Below, one piece after another: positions 39,201 through 47,704 of a stretch of 64,000 bases of DNA. The first letter of the stretch is position 1, and each line of letters starts with the position of its first letter. Where the stretch lies: positions 107,595-171,594 of the forward strand of contig JAKQNP010000046.1 of assembly GCA_029565675.1 (NCBI GenBank), given 5' to 3'. The position numbers were made by a program, and so were the translations under genes. The DNA is from a bacterium (GTDB lineage: Bacteria; Zhuqueibacterota; Zhuqueibacteria; Residuimicrobiales; Oceaniaggregativiventaceae). Under the pieces are notes generated by a model. That model saw nothing but the letters and a program-made list of their open reading frames with translations, was not told where the DNA came from and ran no database searches.

Positions 39201-42200
39201 GCTCGAATGTTCGTGTCGAATTCACCTTGCCGATTGCGGGTCTCGCTGATGGCCTCGCCGATTTTGCCGCCGTTGTCGTGGATTCTGCCGGCAACAGCAG
39301 TCAGCGCACTTCTCGGCTCGGCATCGACGCGACCCCGCCGCAAGGCTCGGTTGCTCAGGGACCTGATTTGAGCAACACTCTGCAATTCAAAATCACCTGG
39401 ACCCCCGGCAGCGATGGGGAGGGAAGCGGTTTAAGCGGCGGCTACGATGTTTTTGTGCGCAAGAATCAAGACAGCTGGACGCAGTGGCTGAACAATTATC
39501 GCGGCATGCAAGCTTCTTTCACTGGTGTGCACGGCAATCGCTATTCTTTCGAAGCCCTGGCTCGCGATCAGGTGGGCAATATCGAAACCCGCCTTGCCTT
39601 AGCCGAGGCTTCTGTGCTGGTCGACACCACTGCAGGCGATACCGAGCCGCCGCCTGCCCCCATCGATCTTAGCGCCAACGGCCAAATAGGCAAAAGCAAA
39701 TGGCAAAACACCAACCTGTTCACCGTTACCTGGATTGTGCCCTATGATCTCAGCGGAGTGGTGAAAAGCTATTATAAAATCGGCGCTCAACCCACCTCGG
39801 CCACCGACTATACCGACACCAACAGTGGAACAGGTCCGCTGCAAATCGAGGTCGCCCAACCCGGCGCAACCCCGCTCTATGTTTGGCTGGAAGACAAATG
39901 GGGAAACGTCGATTTTAACCGCTGGGCGCGGGTTTGGCTCCGTTTTGATCCACAGCCCCCGGTGATCCTCGAAATGCGCTATCTCAATCCGGGTTTCAGC
40001 ACTTATTGGTACAACCCAAAACAGATTGCCGATGCCGTCCTGCAGGTGCGCTATCAGGAAGCCTTTTGCGACAGCGCCGTCCTTACCTGCGAAGAACTCA
40101 ACATCCGGCAAAAGCTGAGCGATGTGGCCAGTGGCGATTCGGCAAAGGTTTCGTTGTCTTTTTCCATAACCGGCAAAAACGATGGCCGCTATACCGTTTG
40201 GATCGCACTGATTGACAGCGCCGGAAATCGCACCACCGGTTCGACATCCCTTTTCCTGGACAGCACTCCGCCGCAAGGAACCATCGCGAACAGCCCGGAT
40301 ACCAGTTCAACACTTTCCTTCAACGTCAATTGGAGTGGGGGAGGGGATGGCAACGGAGTCGGTTTATCAGGTCTTTATACCGTGCGGGTAAAAGAAAACA
40401 ATGGCACCTGGCAAAACTGGCTGGATCAATACCGGGGCACTTTTGCCGACTATACCAATGCCAGCCATGGTTCGCGCTATGCCTTTGAAGTCGGCGCCTA
40501 TGATCAATTGAACAATCGCGAAGTGCTGACCGGCACAGCGGAGTCGATAACCCTGGTCGATACCACAGCCGATGATCGTTCTGCACCACCGCCGCCGCTT
40601 TCACTTACCGCCAACGACAGAAATCCCAGCCCGTGGAGCAAAACGCCGCAGTTTGTCTTGCGGTGGCAGCTTCCCTATGATGAAAGCGGCATCAGTTCTG
40701 CCTACTATAAAATTGGCAGATTGCCGCAGTCGAACAGCGATTATGACGGCGAAGCCGCGGCTGCAGGACCGGCGAATGTCAAGGCAACCGCTGCTGGTGG
40801 TCAACCAGTCTATGTGTGGCTGCGCGACTCGCGCGGCAACCAGGATTTTCACAACACCGCTGACGTCAGCTTGCGGTATGATCCCAATCCTCCAGTTTTA
40901 CATGCCAGCAAATTCCTCAACCCCGGTGCCGATGCAGATTGGTTCAATCCGCGCACCCAGGAATTCGCCCAGCTGGAAATCAACTATTCGGACCGGTTTC
41001 TCGATACAGTAAAAGTGGTGTGCGAACCGCTCCAACTGCGGGTAATCCGCCTCGGCCTCCCTACCCAACTCAATTCCCGGGCTCAAATTCCGCTGCGCAT
41101 TCAGCAAGCCGCCGATGGCATCTATCCCTTCTCGATCGCCTTGCAGGACAGCGCCGGCAATGTGAGCGTCGCAACCGACACCTTGCGCCTTGACGGCACA
41201 CCGCCGACCGGCATCCAGGTTATTGCTCCGGATACCTCAGCTTACCGAACTTTTGTGATCAACTGGACCGCTGGAACCGATGGTCCTGGCGTCGGCATCA
41301 ATGGTCTGTATGATCTCCATTTTACCGACAACAACGGCGCATGGAAACTCTTCCAGGCGAACATCAACAGCCGGCAAGTTTCTTTCACCGGTGAGCATGG
41401 GCATATCTATGGTTTTCAGGTGTTGGGAAATGACCGCCTCGGCAACAAACAGGCTCTCACTATTGCACAGGCCAGGACGCGTGTCGATACCACATTGATC
41501 GATCTCTATGCACCGAGTGCGCCGCTGCAACTGGTCGCCAATGGACAAAGCCCCAGCCCCTGGGCCAAAGATAACCGTTTCACTCTGGAATGGGTCAATC
41601 CGAACGACCCCAGCCGCATCGCCCGCGCATTCTACAAACTGGGCGATCCGCCAGCCGCAGCAGAGGATACCACCGGCTCGGGAGAAGGACAACCACCGCT
41701 GGAAATTCGCAGCAACAATCCTTATGGCGAATGGTGTCATCTCTGGCTTCAGGATGGCAGCGGCAATGTCGACTTTAAGCATTACAGCCGTGTCCTGTTG
41801 CGCTATGATCCACAAAAACCGCAACTCGATAGCTTGCGTTGGCAGGCAAATGCCGTCGATCAGAAATGGTTCAACCCGCTGTTTATCTCATCGAGTGCGT
41901 TGGCCGTCTTCTATAACGAACCGCATCTGCAGCAGGTCAAACTCACTTCTGACTGGCTGTTCGATCCGCCGCTTATCTTGTCGCCCGGCGATGATGCACC
42001 GTTCATCTACACAATCGATTTCGACGGATTGCCAGACTCGAGTACCACCATCGAGGTTGCCTTGCTCGACAGCGCCGGCTGGGTGACCAACGGTTCGATC
42101 CAGTTTGCGCTCGATTCCCGGCCGCCTTCAGGCACCCTCGCCGTTTCGCCCGATACCACGGCATCCGGCGAGTTTCTGGTCCGCTGGGGACAAAGCGGAT

Positions 42201-45200
42201 CTGACGGCCTGGGCAGCGGCCTTTCGGGCATCTATGACGTGCGGGTGCGCATCGACAACGGTGACTGGCAATCGTGGAAGACCCGTTTCCGCGGTGAAAG
42301 CGCGCTCTACAGCGGCGAGCCTCCGCACCTCTATGCCTTCGAAGCCGCCGCTTATGATCGGGTTGGAAACCGTGAAACACTGACCGGTAAAGCAGAATCA
42401 CAGACTCTGATTGATCCCAATTTCGGCGATCAACAGGCTCCCGCCGCTCCCATCAATGTGGTTTTGAACGGCTTGTTGCCGAACGGCTGGACTGCCGCGG
42501 AATCGATCTCCATATCCTGGCAGAATCCTCCGGATCCCAGCGGTATCATGCGGCTCTGTTATGCTTTTTCCGAGCCACATGCAGAAAGCGATACAGCCGG
42601 AACGCTGCCCGCCCTTTCACCGGCCACGCTGCCGCTCCCGCTGGAAGGCATCTACCCTCTCTATCTCTGGCTCGAAGATGGAAGAGGCAATCGAGATTTT
42701 CGCAACAACATCATGCGGTGGATCAAATGCGACCGGACGCTGCCGGCTGTTCTGCAACATGAATTGTCCGGCGCCCAATGGCAAGAGAAATGGGTCAATT
42801 CCCTTAACACCACCCCGATCGCCGCCTGGTTTCGTATAGAAGAAAAATATCCCTTATTGGCGGCATTGACTTTTGGCGAGACCGGCGAATCACAAGAAAA
42901 AGCCGATTTTCCGCCTGGTGAGGAGAGCTGGACTCTGGAATTTCCTCTTGACCTCTCGCATCTCAAAGACGGCTGCTATAGCTTGATGTTGGCCTTGCAG
43001 GATAGCGCGGGCAATTCCGTCAGGGATACTCTGTTCTGTTGTGTCGATGCCACGCCGCCGTCAGGTTCGGTTGCGCAGTCGCCAGATACCAGTTTGACCG
43101 GACAATTCTCGATCACCTGGAGCGGCGCTTTTCAGGGATCTGACGGCGCCGGTTCAGGTCTGGACGGCCGTTATGATTTGCGCATCCGCATCGACCAGGG
43201 CGAATGGCAAACGCTGCGCGAAAAATATACCGGCACCACGGATCGCTATGTCGGTGTGCACGGCCACAATTATGCCTTCGAAGTAGCCGCCTGGGATCGC
43301 GTGGGCAATCGCGAACCGTTTTGGGGTGAGGCGGAAACCATCACCCGTGTCGATACGACCACCATAGACGTGCAACCGCCGCCCCCGCCGCGCGACCTGC
43401 TCGTCGACGGTCGCTCACCGTCGCCCTGGCAGTCCACGCCGATCTTTCTCGTCGACTGGCAAGAACCCGTCGATCCCAGCGGCATCGCAGCCGTCTATTT
43501 TAAACTGGGTGATGCTCCGGAATTCCACTTCGACACCACTGGGACCGCTCTGCCTCTCTCACCTCTGCGAGTCGCTGCACAACAAGAAAATGGCCAATGG
43601 CTGCATATCTGGCTGCGCGACCGGCGCGGCAATCTGGACTATACGAGGCGAGACAGCATTTACCTGCGCTACGATGCGACTCCACCGCGATGGACATCGA
43701 TCGCCTGGGTCGATCCACCCTTGCCTCCGGACGGATACAACCCCGACAAACAAAGCGAAGCAAAAGTGCGGTTGACCGCTGTCGAAGCCAATCCAGGCCG
43801 AGTTTTTCTGCGCCTGGACAATATGACTCTGCAATCCGCCTGGCAAGGATCCTCAAACAGCAACGAATTTCGTGTGCCGATTCAAATCCAGCCTGACGGA
43901 GCGCGTTGGCTCGTCTGTGAAATGTCCGATCTGGCCGGCAATATGAGTCTGGCCGATTCGGTGCGCATCCGCTTCGACAGCGTCGCCCCCCGCGTGGAAC
44001 TGCTGGTGCCGAGTGGGATCAGTGCAGGCAACCCTGTGCAGATTCAAGCGCATGTCCGTGAAGAAAATCCATTGCTCCTTAACCGGCTGCTCTATCGAAT
44101 GATCGGGCAGAGCAGCGGAAAAACAGTCGACTTTGCCCAAAAGAACGATTCGCTATGGACGGCGGTGATTCCCGCTGAGGCTGTCGCTGAACGCGGCCTT
44201 GCTGTTGTCGCCCAATTCAGCGACGGTTTGAATCAGACCCGTCTGCCTGCTGCTGACGCCGATCCGAATGAAATCCAGTTGCGGGTTGGCGTTGCAGGAG
44301 TCGGCAACAAAGGCTTGGCCTATCCGCACGCCTGGCCGGGCGGCACCGGAAAATCAGCCTATCGCATGATCTCCATGCCCCTGGAATTGTCGAATCCTTC
44401 GGTCGAAGCGGTTTTTGGCGATGATCTGGGCGAATATCAGAATGTCGTCTGGCGGTTGTTCCACTGGAATTCAGCCCGGCAAGAATTTATCGAATATCCG
44501 GAACTGCCGGATGTTGTGCCCGGACGCGCCTATTGGCTGATCACCCGCTCACAACCGCAGCAAATCACCAGCGGCCGCGGTCTGTCTGTCGACGCAGACC
44601 AGGGCTTTGTCGTCGAGTTGCACACCGGCTGGAACGACATCGGCCATCCCTATGCCTTTCCCGTTTCCTGGCGCGATATTTTGCTCGCCACTGCTGTCGA
44701 TACCCAGGCAATTATTGGACCCTATACCTATAACGGAGCATGGCTGTTACCGGATACGGATCAAAATCGCGCGGTGAGAGCCTGGAGCGGTTTCAGTATC
44801 TATACCGAACAGCCCGGGCTGTCGCTGGTTATTCCTCCCATCGAGTCGACTGATAGTGAAGCGGTCTCTTTGGGCAAAGAATCAGCCCATTCGCGTCAGA
44901 GATTCCAACTGCAGGCGAAACAGGGACTGGAAGGCGATTTCAGCAACTATTTCGGCTTTCGCAACGGATCCACACTCGGATACGATCGGACTTGTGATTT
45001 TGTCGAACCGCATCCCCTGGACGGCTCCTTGTGTCTCTATTTCGACAGACCGAATTGGCCGCTCGAAAACCGGCGCTTTGCCAGCGATTTTCGACCTCCT
45101 GCCGCAGGGGATACCTGGACATTTGCGGTTGCAACCAGGGATTTCGATCTGCCGGTGCAAATCTCCCTGCATGTCCTCAACAACGCGGAAAATCACCAGG

Positions 45201-45637
45201 TGGTGCTCATCGATTCCGTGCGCGGCAGGACAGTCTCGCTCAGCAGAGACTCTGTCTATACCTTTCGGCCAACACGCCGGGATTCGCTTCGCACTTTTCA
45301 AATTGTCCTCGGCACTGCGGAATATCTGCAAAAAAACAACGTCTCTGTTGATGTGCCGCAGAGCTTTGGCCTCGATCCGGTCTATCCCAATCCATTCAAT
45401 TCCTATACTGCCATGCCTTATCGAATCGCCAAGGAAGGGGAGATCACTTTGGCACTCTACAATACCGTAGGTCAACTCGTCCGCATCCTGGTGCAAGGGC
45501 ATTGCCATCCCGGCTATTATGAAGCCTTCTGGGATGGTCTGGACTCGCATGGCCGTCCGGTTGCCTCGGGTGTCTACTTTATTCGCTTGAATGCCAAAGA
45601 CTTTCAACAGACGAACAAACTTTTGCTGTTGAAATAG
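36218..45637 (+). CDS. Giant (3139 aa) secreted adhesin-like protein: Big_5-like Ig, 7 FG-GAP repeats, ~19 Ig/FN3-like modules, T9SS-type tail
   Basis: Signal peptide (..PALAQ); FSEPMD..S Ig domain; 7 DxxxDGxxD-type repeats; six ~310-aa repeats; YPNPFNS...ASGVYFIRL...KLLLLK. Confidence 0.85.
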   Translation: MFKRIIQLLLLFTWFALTSPALAQVWPIERVTPANNSIAVDRSSAVSVAFSEPMDAASIDSASFFLYGQKSGRMTGRVFYQGDTRTALFIPTKSFLPGDQITAILSNKIRSAGGTSMSLGYVWNFTAEVIAGTASFIPQSFSFDLEIYSLTTADADQDGQTDLILTGSDGTNSVLQIRSYKQGNWMTLASMPIPARTRPVIAADLNRDGFPDYVLVHRDTTLYNLRKLSTCLSRADGTHFISQTIEITQSLLVEPRYVTISDWNGDGWLDIAVVKRVDLSVNEPAAMVYLNQGGGRFAADHQADRLFWNEKLAERITDGDFDNDGLIDLGISRQGRTKALQLFRNTGNAQFNNNADYSITTNYGSDLENVVSADLNNDGGLDLLVADRVSSRLVSYLNRTKKIGSISFDSGSMVVAYDLPTGLDVGDLDADDDLDAITSGYDSTGVSIFTNIGTGRFTLQPRMVLSPNSRMVAIADLNHDGALDAVLGQDHGRITLLVNKSQINEPPQPPIPLLPLSGSFSSQADVSLVWRSGGDAQSDLLHFIVTVRGLTSGTPAEIVVDSRLTPERFTPQLPSNDNQIEWTLAYTLPADGDYVWSVRAWDGYFYSTASPWHNLLIDTRAPRQISAKLPQAVYLDRWVNTAAQELQLDVIYSEEHPDRVQLEIPSRSAIWTIDSPPAGELQTVIFKVPAGQWPDARYDYTVTVSDSAGNRTDYHSWFGSDSHAPTQTLAAAVTDSSSDLFFTVFWQGGTDGSGSGLSGETAVRVRKNGGPWFDWLARIDQSSATFEGEQYSVYDFEAASYDQVGLLEAFTGIAETSVFVDTTLDDSTPPASPLDLTANGSNPSPWQSGSTFAINWINPVDESGIARSYRKLGTAPTFDDDFDAVGPASGPFSIDSRMEGEQPLYLWLEDGRGNRDYNHNARVGLRHDSTLPIVDSLVFRASPNWIDKEGLMWINPLRIANLFATVYYSESHAKHAELQSAALPTPLLISELPSGSNVRVEFTLPIAGLADGLADFAAVVVDSAGNSSQRTSRLGIDATPPQGSVAQGPDLSNTLQFKITWTPGSDGEGSGLSGGYDVFVRKNQDSWTQWLNNYRGMQASFTGVHGNRYSFEALARDQVGNIETRLALAEASVLVDTTAGDTEPPPAPIDLSANGQIGKSKWQNTNLFTVTWIVPYDLSGVVKSYYKIGAQPTSATDYTDTNSGTGPLQIEVAQPGATPLYVWLEDKWGNVDFNRWARVWLRFDPQPPVILEMRYLNPGFSTYWYNPKQIADAVLQVRYQEAFCDSAVLTCEELNIRQKLSDVASGDSAKVSLSFSITGKNDGRYTVWIALIDSAGNRTTGSTSLFLDSTPPQGTIANSPDTSSTLSFNVNWSGGGDGNGVGLSGLYTVRVKENNGTWQNWLDQYRGTFADYTNASHGSRYAFEVGAYDQLNNREVLTGTAESITLVDTTADDRSAPPPPLSLTANDRNPSPWSKTPQFVLRWQLPYDESGISSAYYKIGRLPQSNSDYDGEAAAAGPANVKATAAGGQPVYVWLRDSRGNQDFHNTADVSLRYDPNPPVLHASKFLNPGADADWFNPRTQEFAQLEINYSDRFLDTVKVVCEPLQLRVIRLGLPTQLNSRAQIPLRIQQAADGIYPFSIALQDSAGNVSVATDTLRLDGTPPTGIQVIAPDTSAYRTFVINWTAGTDGPGVGINGLYDLHFTDNNGAWKLFQANINSRQVSFTGEHGHIYGFQVLGNDRLGNKQALTIAQARTRVDTTLIDLYAPSAPLQLVANGQSPSPWAKDNRFTLEWVNPNDPSRIARAFYKLGDPPAAAEDTTGSGEGQPPLEIRSNNPYGEWCHLWLQDGSGNVDFKHYSRVLLRYDPQKPQLDSLRWQANAVDQKWFNPLFISSSALAVFYNEPHLQQVKLTSDWLFDPPLILSPGDDAPFIYTIDFDGLPDSSTTIEVALLDSAGWVTNGSIQFALDSRPPSGTLAVSPDTTASGEFLVRWGQSGSDGLGSGLSGIYDVRVRIDNGDWQSWKTRFRGESALYSGEPPHLYAFEAAAYDRVGNRETLTGKAESQTLIDPNFGDQQAPAAPINVVLNGLLPNGWTAAESISISWQNPPDPSGIMRLCYAFSEPHAESDTAGTLPALSPATLPLPLEGIYPLYLWLEDGRGNRDFRNNIMRWIKCDRTLPAVLQHELSGAQWQEKWVNSLNTTPIAAWFRIEEKYPLLAALTFGETGESQEKADFPPGEESWTLEFPLDLSHLKDGCYSLMLALQDSAGNSVRDTLFCCVDATPPSGSVAQSPDTSLTGQFSITWSGAFQGSDGAGSGLDGRYDLRIRIDQGEWQTLREKYTGTTDRYVGVHGHNYAFEVAAWDRVGNREPFWGEAETITRVDTTTIDVQPPPPPRDLLVDGRSPSPWQSTPIFLVDWQEPVDPSGIAAVYFKLGDAPEFHFDTTGTALPLSPLRVAAQQENGQWLHIWLRDRRGNLDYTRRDSIYLRYDATPPRWTSIAWVDPPLPPDGYNPDKQSEAKVRLTAVEANPGRVFLRLDNMTLQSAWQGSSNSNEFRVPIQIQPDGARWLVCEMSDLAGNMSLADSVRIRFDSVAPRVELLVPSGISAGNPVQIQAHVREENPLLLNRLLYRMIGQSSGKTVDFAQKNDSLWTAVIPAEAVAERGLAVVAQFSDGLNQTRLPAADADPNEIQLRVGVAGVGNKGLAYPHAWPGGTGKSAYRMISMPLELSNPSVEAVFGDDLGEYQNVVWRLFHWNSARQEFIEYPELPDVVPGRAYWLITRSQPQQITSGRGLSVDADQGFVVELHTGWNDIGHPYAFPVSWRDILLATAVDTQAIIGPYTYNGAWLLPDTDQNRAVRAWSGFSIYTEQPGLSLVIPPIESTDSEAVSLGKESAHSRQRFQLQAKQGLEGDFSNYFGFRNGSTLGYDRTCDFVEPHPLDGSLCLYFDRPNWPLENRRFASDFRPPAAGDTWTFAVATRDFDLPVQISLHVLNNAENHQVVLIDSVRGRTVSLSRDSVYTFRPTRRDSLRTFQIVLGTAEYLQKNNVSVDVPQSFGLDPVYPNPFNSYTAMPYRIAKEGEITLALYNTVGQLVRILVQGHCHPGYYEAFWDGLDSHGRPVASGVYFIRLNAKDFQQTNKLLLLK
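38069..43990 (+). repeat. Intragenic tandem protein-level repeat, ~930 nt period, six full units plus one partial
   Basis: GSGLSG-like motifs near 38477, 39421, 40355, 41288, 42212 and 43151; DSAGN and WL.D..GN recur with the same period. Confidence 0.85.
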
Positions 45638-45709
45638 CGAGGATTGCCGAAAACAGAGAGAATAAAGAAGAAAATCAGATCAATACGACAGATGGGGCAA
45701 ATTGCGCTG

Positions 45710-46462
45710 ATGCATAAAAATCAAAACAACCAGACATTTTTTCAACCGGCGTTGATCGCTTTGCTGATGTTGACTCTCGCGAATACCGTGTCAATTGCAC
45801 AGAACAACGAATCGATTTCTGCAACGATACAGACCGGTATGCGCGCTTTTTATGCCGCCCGATTCGATGATGCCATCACCATTCTGGTCCCGACATTGCA
45901 GAAAAAAGAGATCAGCGTTGACGAACAATATCTCGCCAATCTCTACATCGCCTTTTCCTTGATCCGCAAGGGCGAGAACGATTTGTTGGTCGCCCGCTAT
46001 CTGAAATCGGCCATCGAATTGCATCCTTACCAGGTGCCGGACCGCCAACGCATTCCGCCAGATCTGATCGAACGCTATGAGCATACCCGCAGCAATATCC
46101 TGGGATCTCTGCTGGTTTATTATCAGCCCATCGAAGCCCAGGTGATCCTGATGGATCCGCACTATGGACCGCAAGCCAACGATGGCTTTCCGGCCCGATT
46201 CGATCATCTCCCGCCGGGTGAATATGAGGTGATCGTCAGCCTTAGCGGATATAAAAATCGCCTGCAGCGGGTGCTGATCACCGCAGGTCAACAGGATTCA
46301 TTGGAGATTGAATTGACGCTGACGGCAAGGAATTGGAAAAAATGGGGTACCTGGGCTGGCGGCGCGGTTTTGTTTTCCGCCGTTTTGATCTCTCAACTTT
46401 TGGGAAGCGAAGAGGAACCCATTCCGGTCGGGGTGTTGCCGGAACCGCCAGGCCATCCCTGA
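45710..46462 (+). CDS. Exported TPR-like + PEGA protein with a C-terminal TM and LPEPPGHP tail (start uncertain: 45644, 45692 or 45710)
   Basis: Signal-like segment; helical region; LPPGEYEVIVSLSGY (PEGA); WKKWGTWAGGAVLF TM; Pro-rich end. Confidence 0.7.
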   Translation: MHKNQNNQTFFQPALIALLMLTLANTVSIAQNNESISATIQTGMRAFYAARFDDAITILVPTLQKKEISVDEQYLANLYIAFSLIRKGENDLLVARYLKSAIELHPYQVPDRQRIPPDLIERYEHTRSNILGSLLVYYQPIEAQVILMDPHYGPQANDGFPARFDHLPPGEYEVIVSLSGYKNRLQRVLITAGQQDSLEIELTLTARNWKKWGTWAGGAVLFSAVLISQLLGSEEEPIPVGVLPEPPGHP

Positions 46463-46491
46463 AAGAATAAAACAGGCCGAAAAGCACAGCC

Positions 46492-47112
46492 ATGAATCCG
46501 CAGTGGGATTTGCTTCATTTTGAAGAAATGTTTTGGCGGCAAGGTCATCGATACGTGGCGGGATGCGATGAAGCCGGCCGTGGTCCTTTGGCAGGTCCGG
46601 TCGCTGCCGCTGCTGTCATTTTTCCACCGTTCACGTCCATCATCCCGGGTTTGACCGATTCGAAACAGTTGAGCGCTCGGAAACGGCAACAATTGGTGCC
46701 GATCATCCAGCACCGCGCCCTTGCCTGGTCGGTGGCTTTTGTCGATGAAAAGGAAATCGATCAGATCAACATCCTGCAGGCCAGCCTGAAAGCGATGCTG
46801 CTCGCTCTTTCCCGCCTGTCCCATTGTGCCGAGGTGCTTCTCGTCGACGGCAATTTTGCTCCCAAAGTGCACATGCCCTGCCAGACATTGGTGGGCGGCG
46901 ATGCGCGTTCGCTGTCGATTGCCGCTGCTTCGGTCCTGGCCAAAGAGTCGCGCGATGCGGTTATGCGTCGGTATGATCGACTCTACCCGCAATACGGTTT
47001 TGCCCGCCACAAAGGCTATCCGACTCGCGAACATGTCCAGGCTATCCGCCTCAACGGGTTGTGCAACCTGCATCGAAAAAGTTTTCGTGTCCGCCTGGAG
47101 GAGATGCAATGA
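46492..47112 (+). CDS. rnhB: Ribonuclease HII
   Basis: GCDEAGRGPLAGPV, DSKQL, LVDGN, SIAAASVLAK, HKGYPT. Confidence 0.98.
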   Translation: MNPQWDLLHFEEMFWRQGHRYVAGCDEAGRGPLAGPVAAAAVIFPPFTSIIPGLTDSKQLSARKRQQLVPIIQHRALAWSVAFVDEKEIDQINILQASLKAMLLALSRLSHCAEVLLVDGNFAPKVHMPCQTLVGGDARSLSIAAASVLAKESRDAVMRRYDRLYPQYGFARHKGYPTREHVQAIRLNGLCNLHRKSFRVRLEEMQ

Positions 47113-47492
47113 GGTCTGGCAAATCGGCGGTCGAAATCGGCAGGCAGGCAGAAGAGATTGCTGCGCGCTATTTGCTCGGTCTCGGTTGGGAACTAATCGA
47201 GCGGAATTTTCGTACCAAACAAGGAGAAATCGATCTGATTGCCCGCGATGATCAGACACTGGTCTTTGTCGAAGTCAAATCGAACCGGCAAGCGCGATTC
47301 GGCCGACCGGAAGAACGGGTGGACGAGCGCAAACAAAGACAGATCGCACGGGTGGCTGAGCAATACCTCTATTTGAAACAGATCTTCGATCAAGATTGCC
47401 GTTTCGACGTCATTGCCCTGCAGTGGCAGAGCGAGCATGCCGACCGTGAGCCGCTGCTGCAGCACTATCGCAATGCTTTTTGCTGCGACTGA
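47109..47492 (+). CDS. yraN: YraN family protein (UPF0102)
   Basis: GEIDLIA, LVFVEVK, CRFDVI; ATGA overlap with rnhB. Confidence 0.93.
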   Translation: MRSGKSAVEIGRQAEEIAARYLLGLGWELIERNFRTKQGEIDLIARDDQTLVFVEVKSNRQARFGRPEERVDERKQRQIARVAEQYLYLKQIFDQDCRFDVIALQWQSEHADREPLLQHYRNAFCCD

Positions 47493-47525
47493 AAAAAATC
47501 AGCCTTTGCGACGAGCAAATTTTTC

Positions 47526-47554
47526 TTGCTTATTACTCTCAAATACAATACATT
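47526..47554 (+). promoter_or_regulatory. Putative promoter for tRNA-Thr
   Basis: TTGCTT-N17-TACATT. Confidence 0.55.
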
Positions 47555-47579
47555 TTAGGACATATCTATGATTTATCCA

Positions 47580-47652
47580 GCCACCTTAGCTCAGTTGGTA
47601 GAGCGGCTCACTCGTAATGAGCAGGTCGTCGGTTCGAATCCGACAGGTGGCT
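47580..47652 (+). tRNA. tRNA-Thr (anticodon CGT), CCA not encoded
   Basis: Acceptor stem GCCACCT/AGGTGGC; D-arm GCTCAGTTGGTAGAGC; anticodon arm GCTCA-CTCGTAA-TGAGC; T-loop GTTCGAATC. Confidence 0.97.
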
Positions 47653-47704
47653 CATCTTATTGTTGTTTTTCCCTCACTCTGACAACGATAGGCGGTAGAC
47701 GCCG

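Noticed and set aside
38069..43990. Periodic sequence considered as a CRISPR array, DGR or recombination cassette
   Set aside because: Similarity is at protein level within one ORF, the DNA units are diverged, and no cas, reverse transcriptase or recombinase gene is nearby.
47580..47652. tRNA as the integration site of an island carrying the giant gene
   Set aside because: No integrase, no duplicated tRNA 3' end noticed, and the flanking genes are housekeeping.
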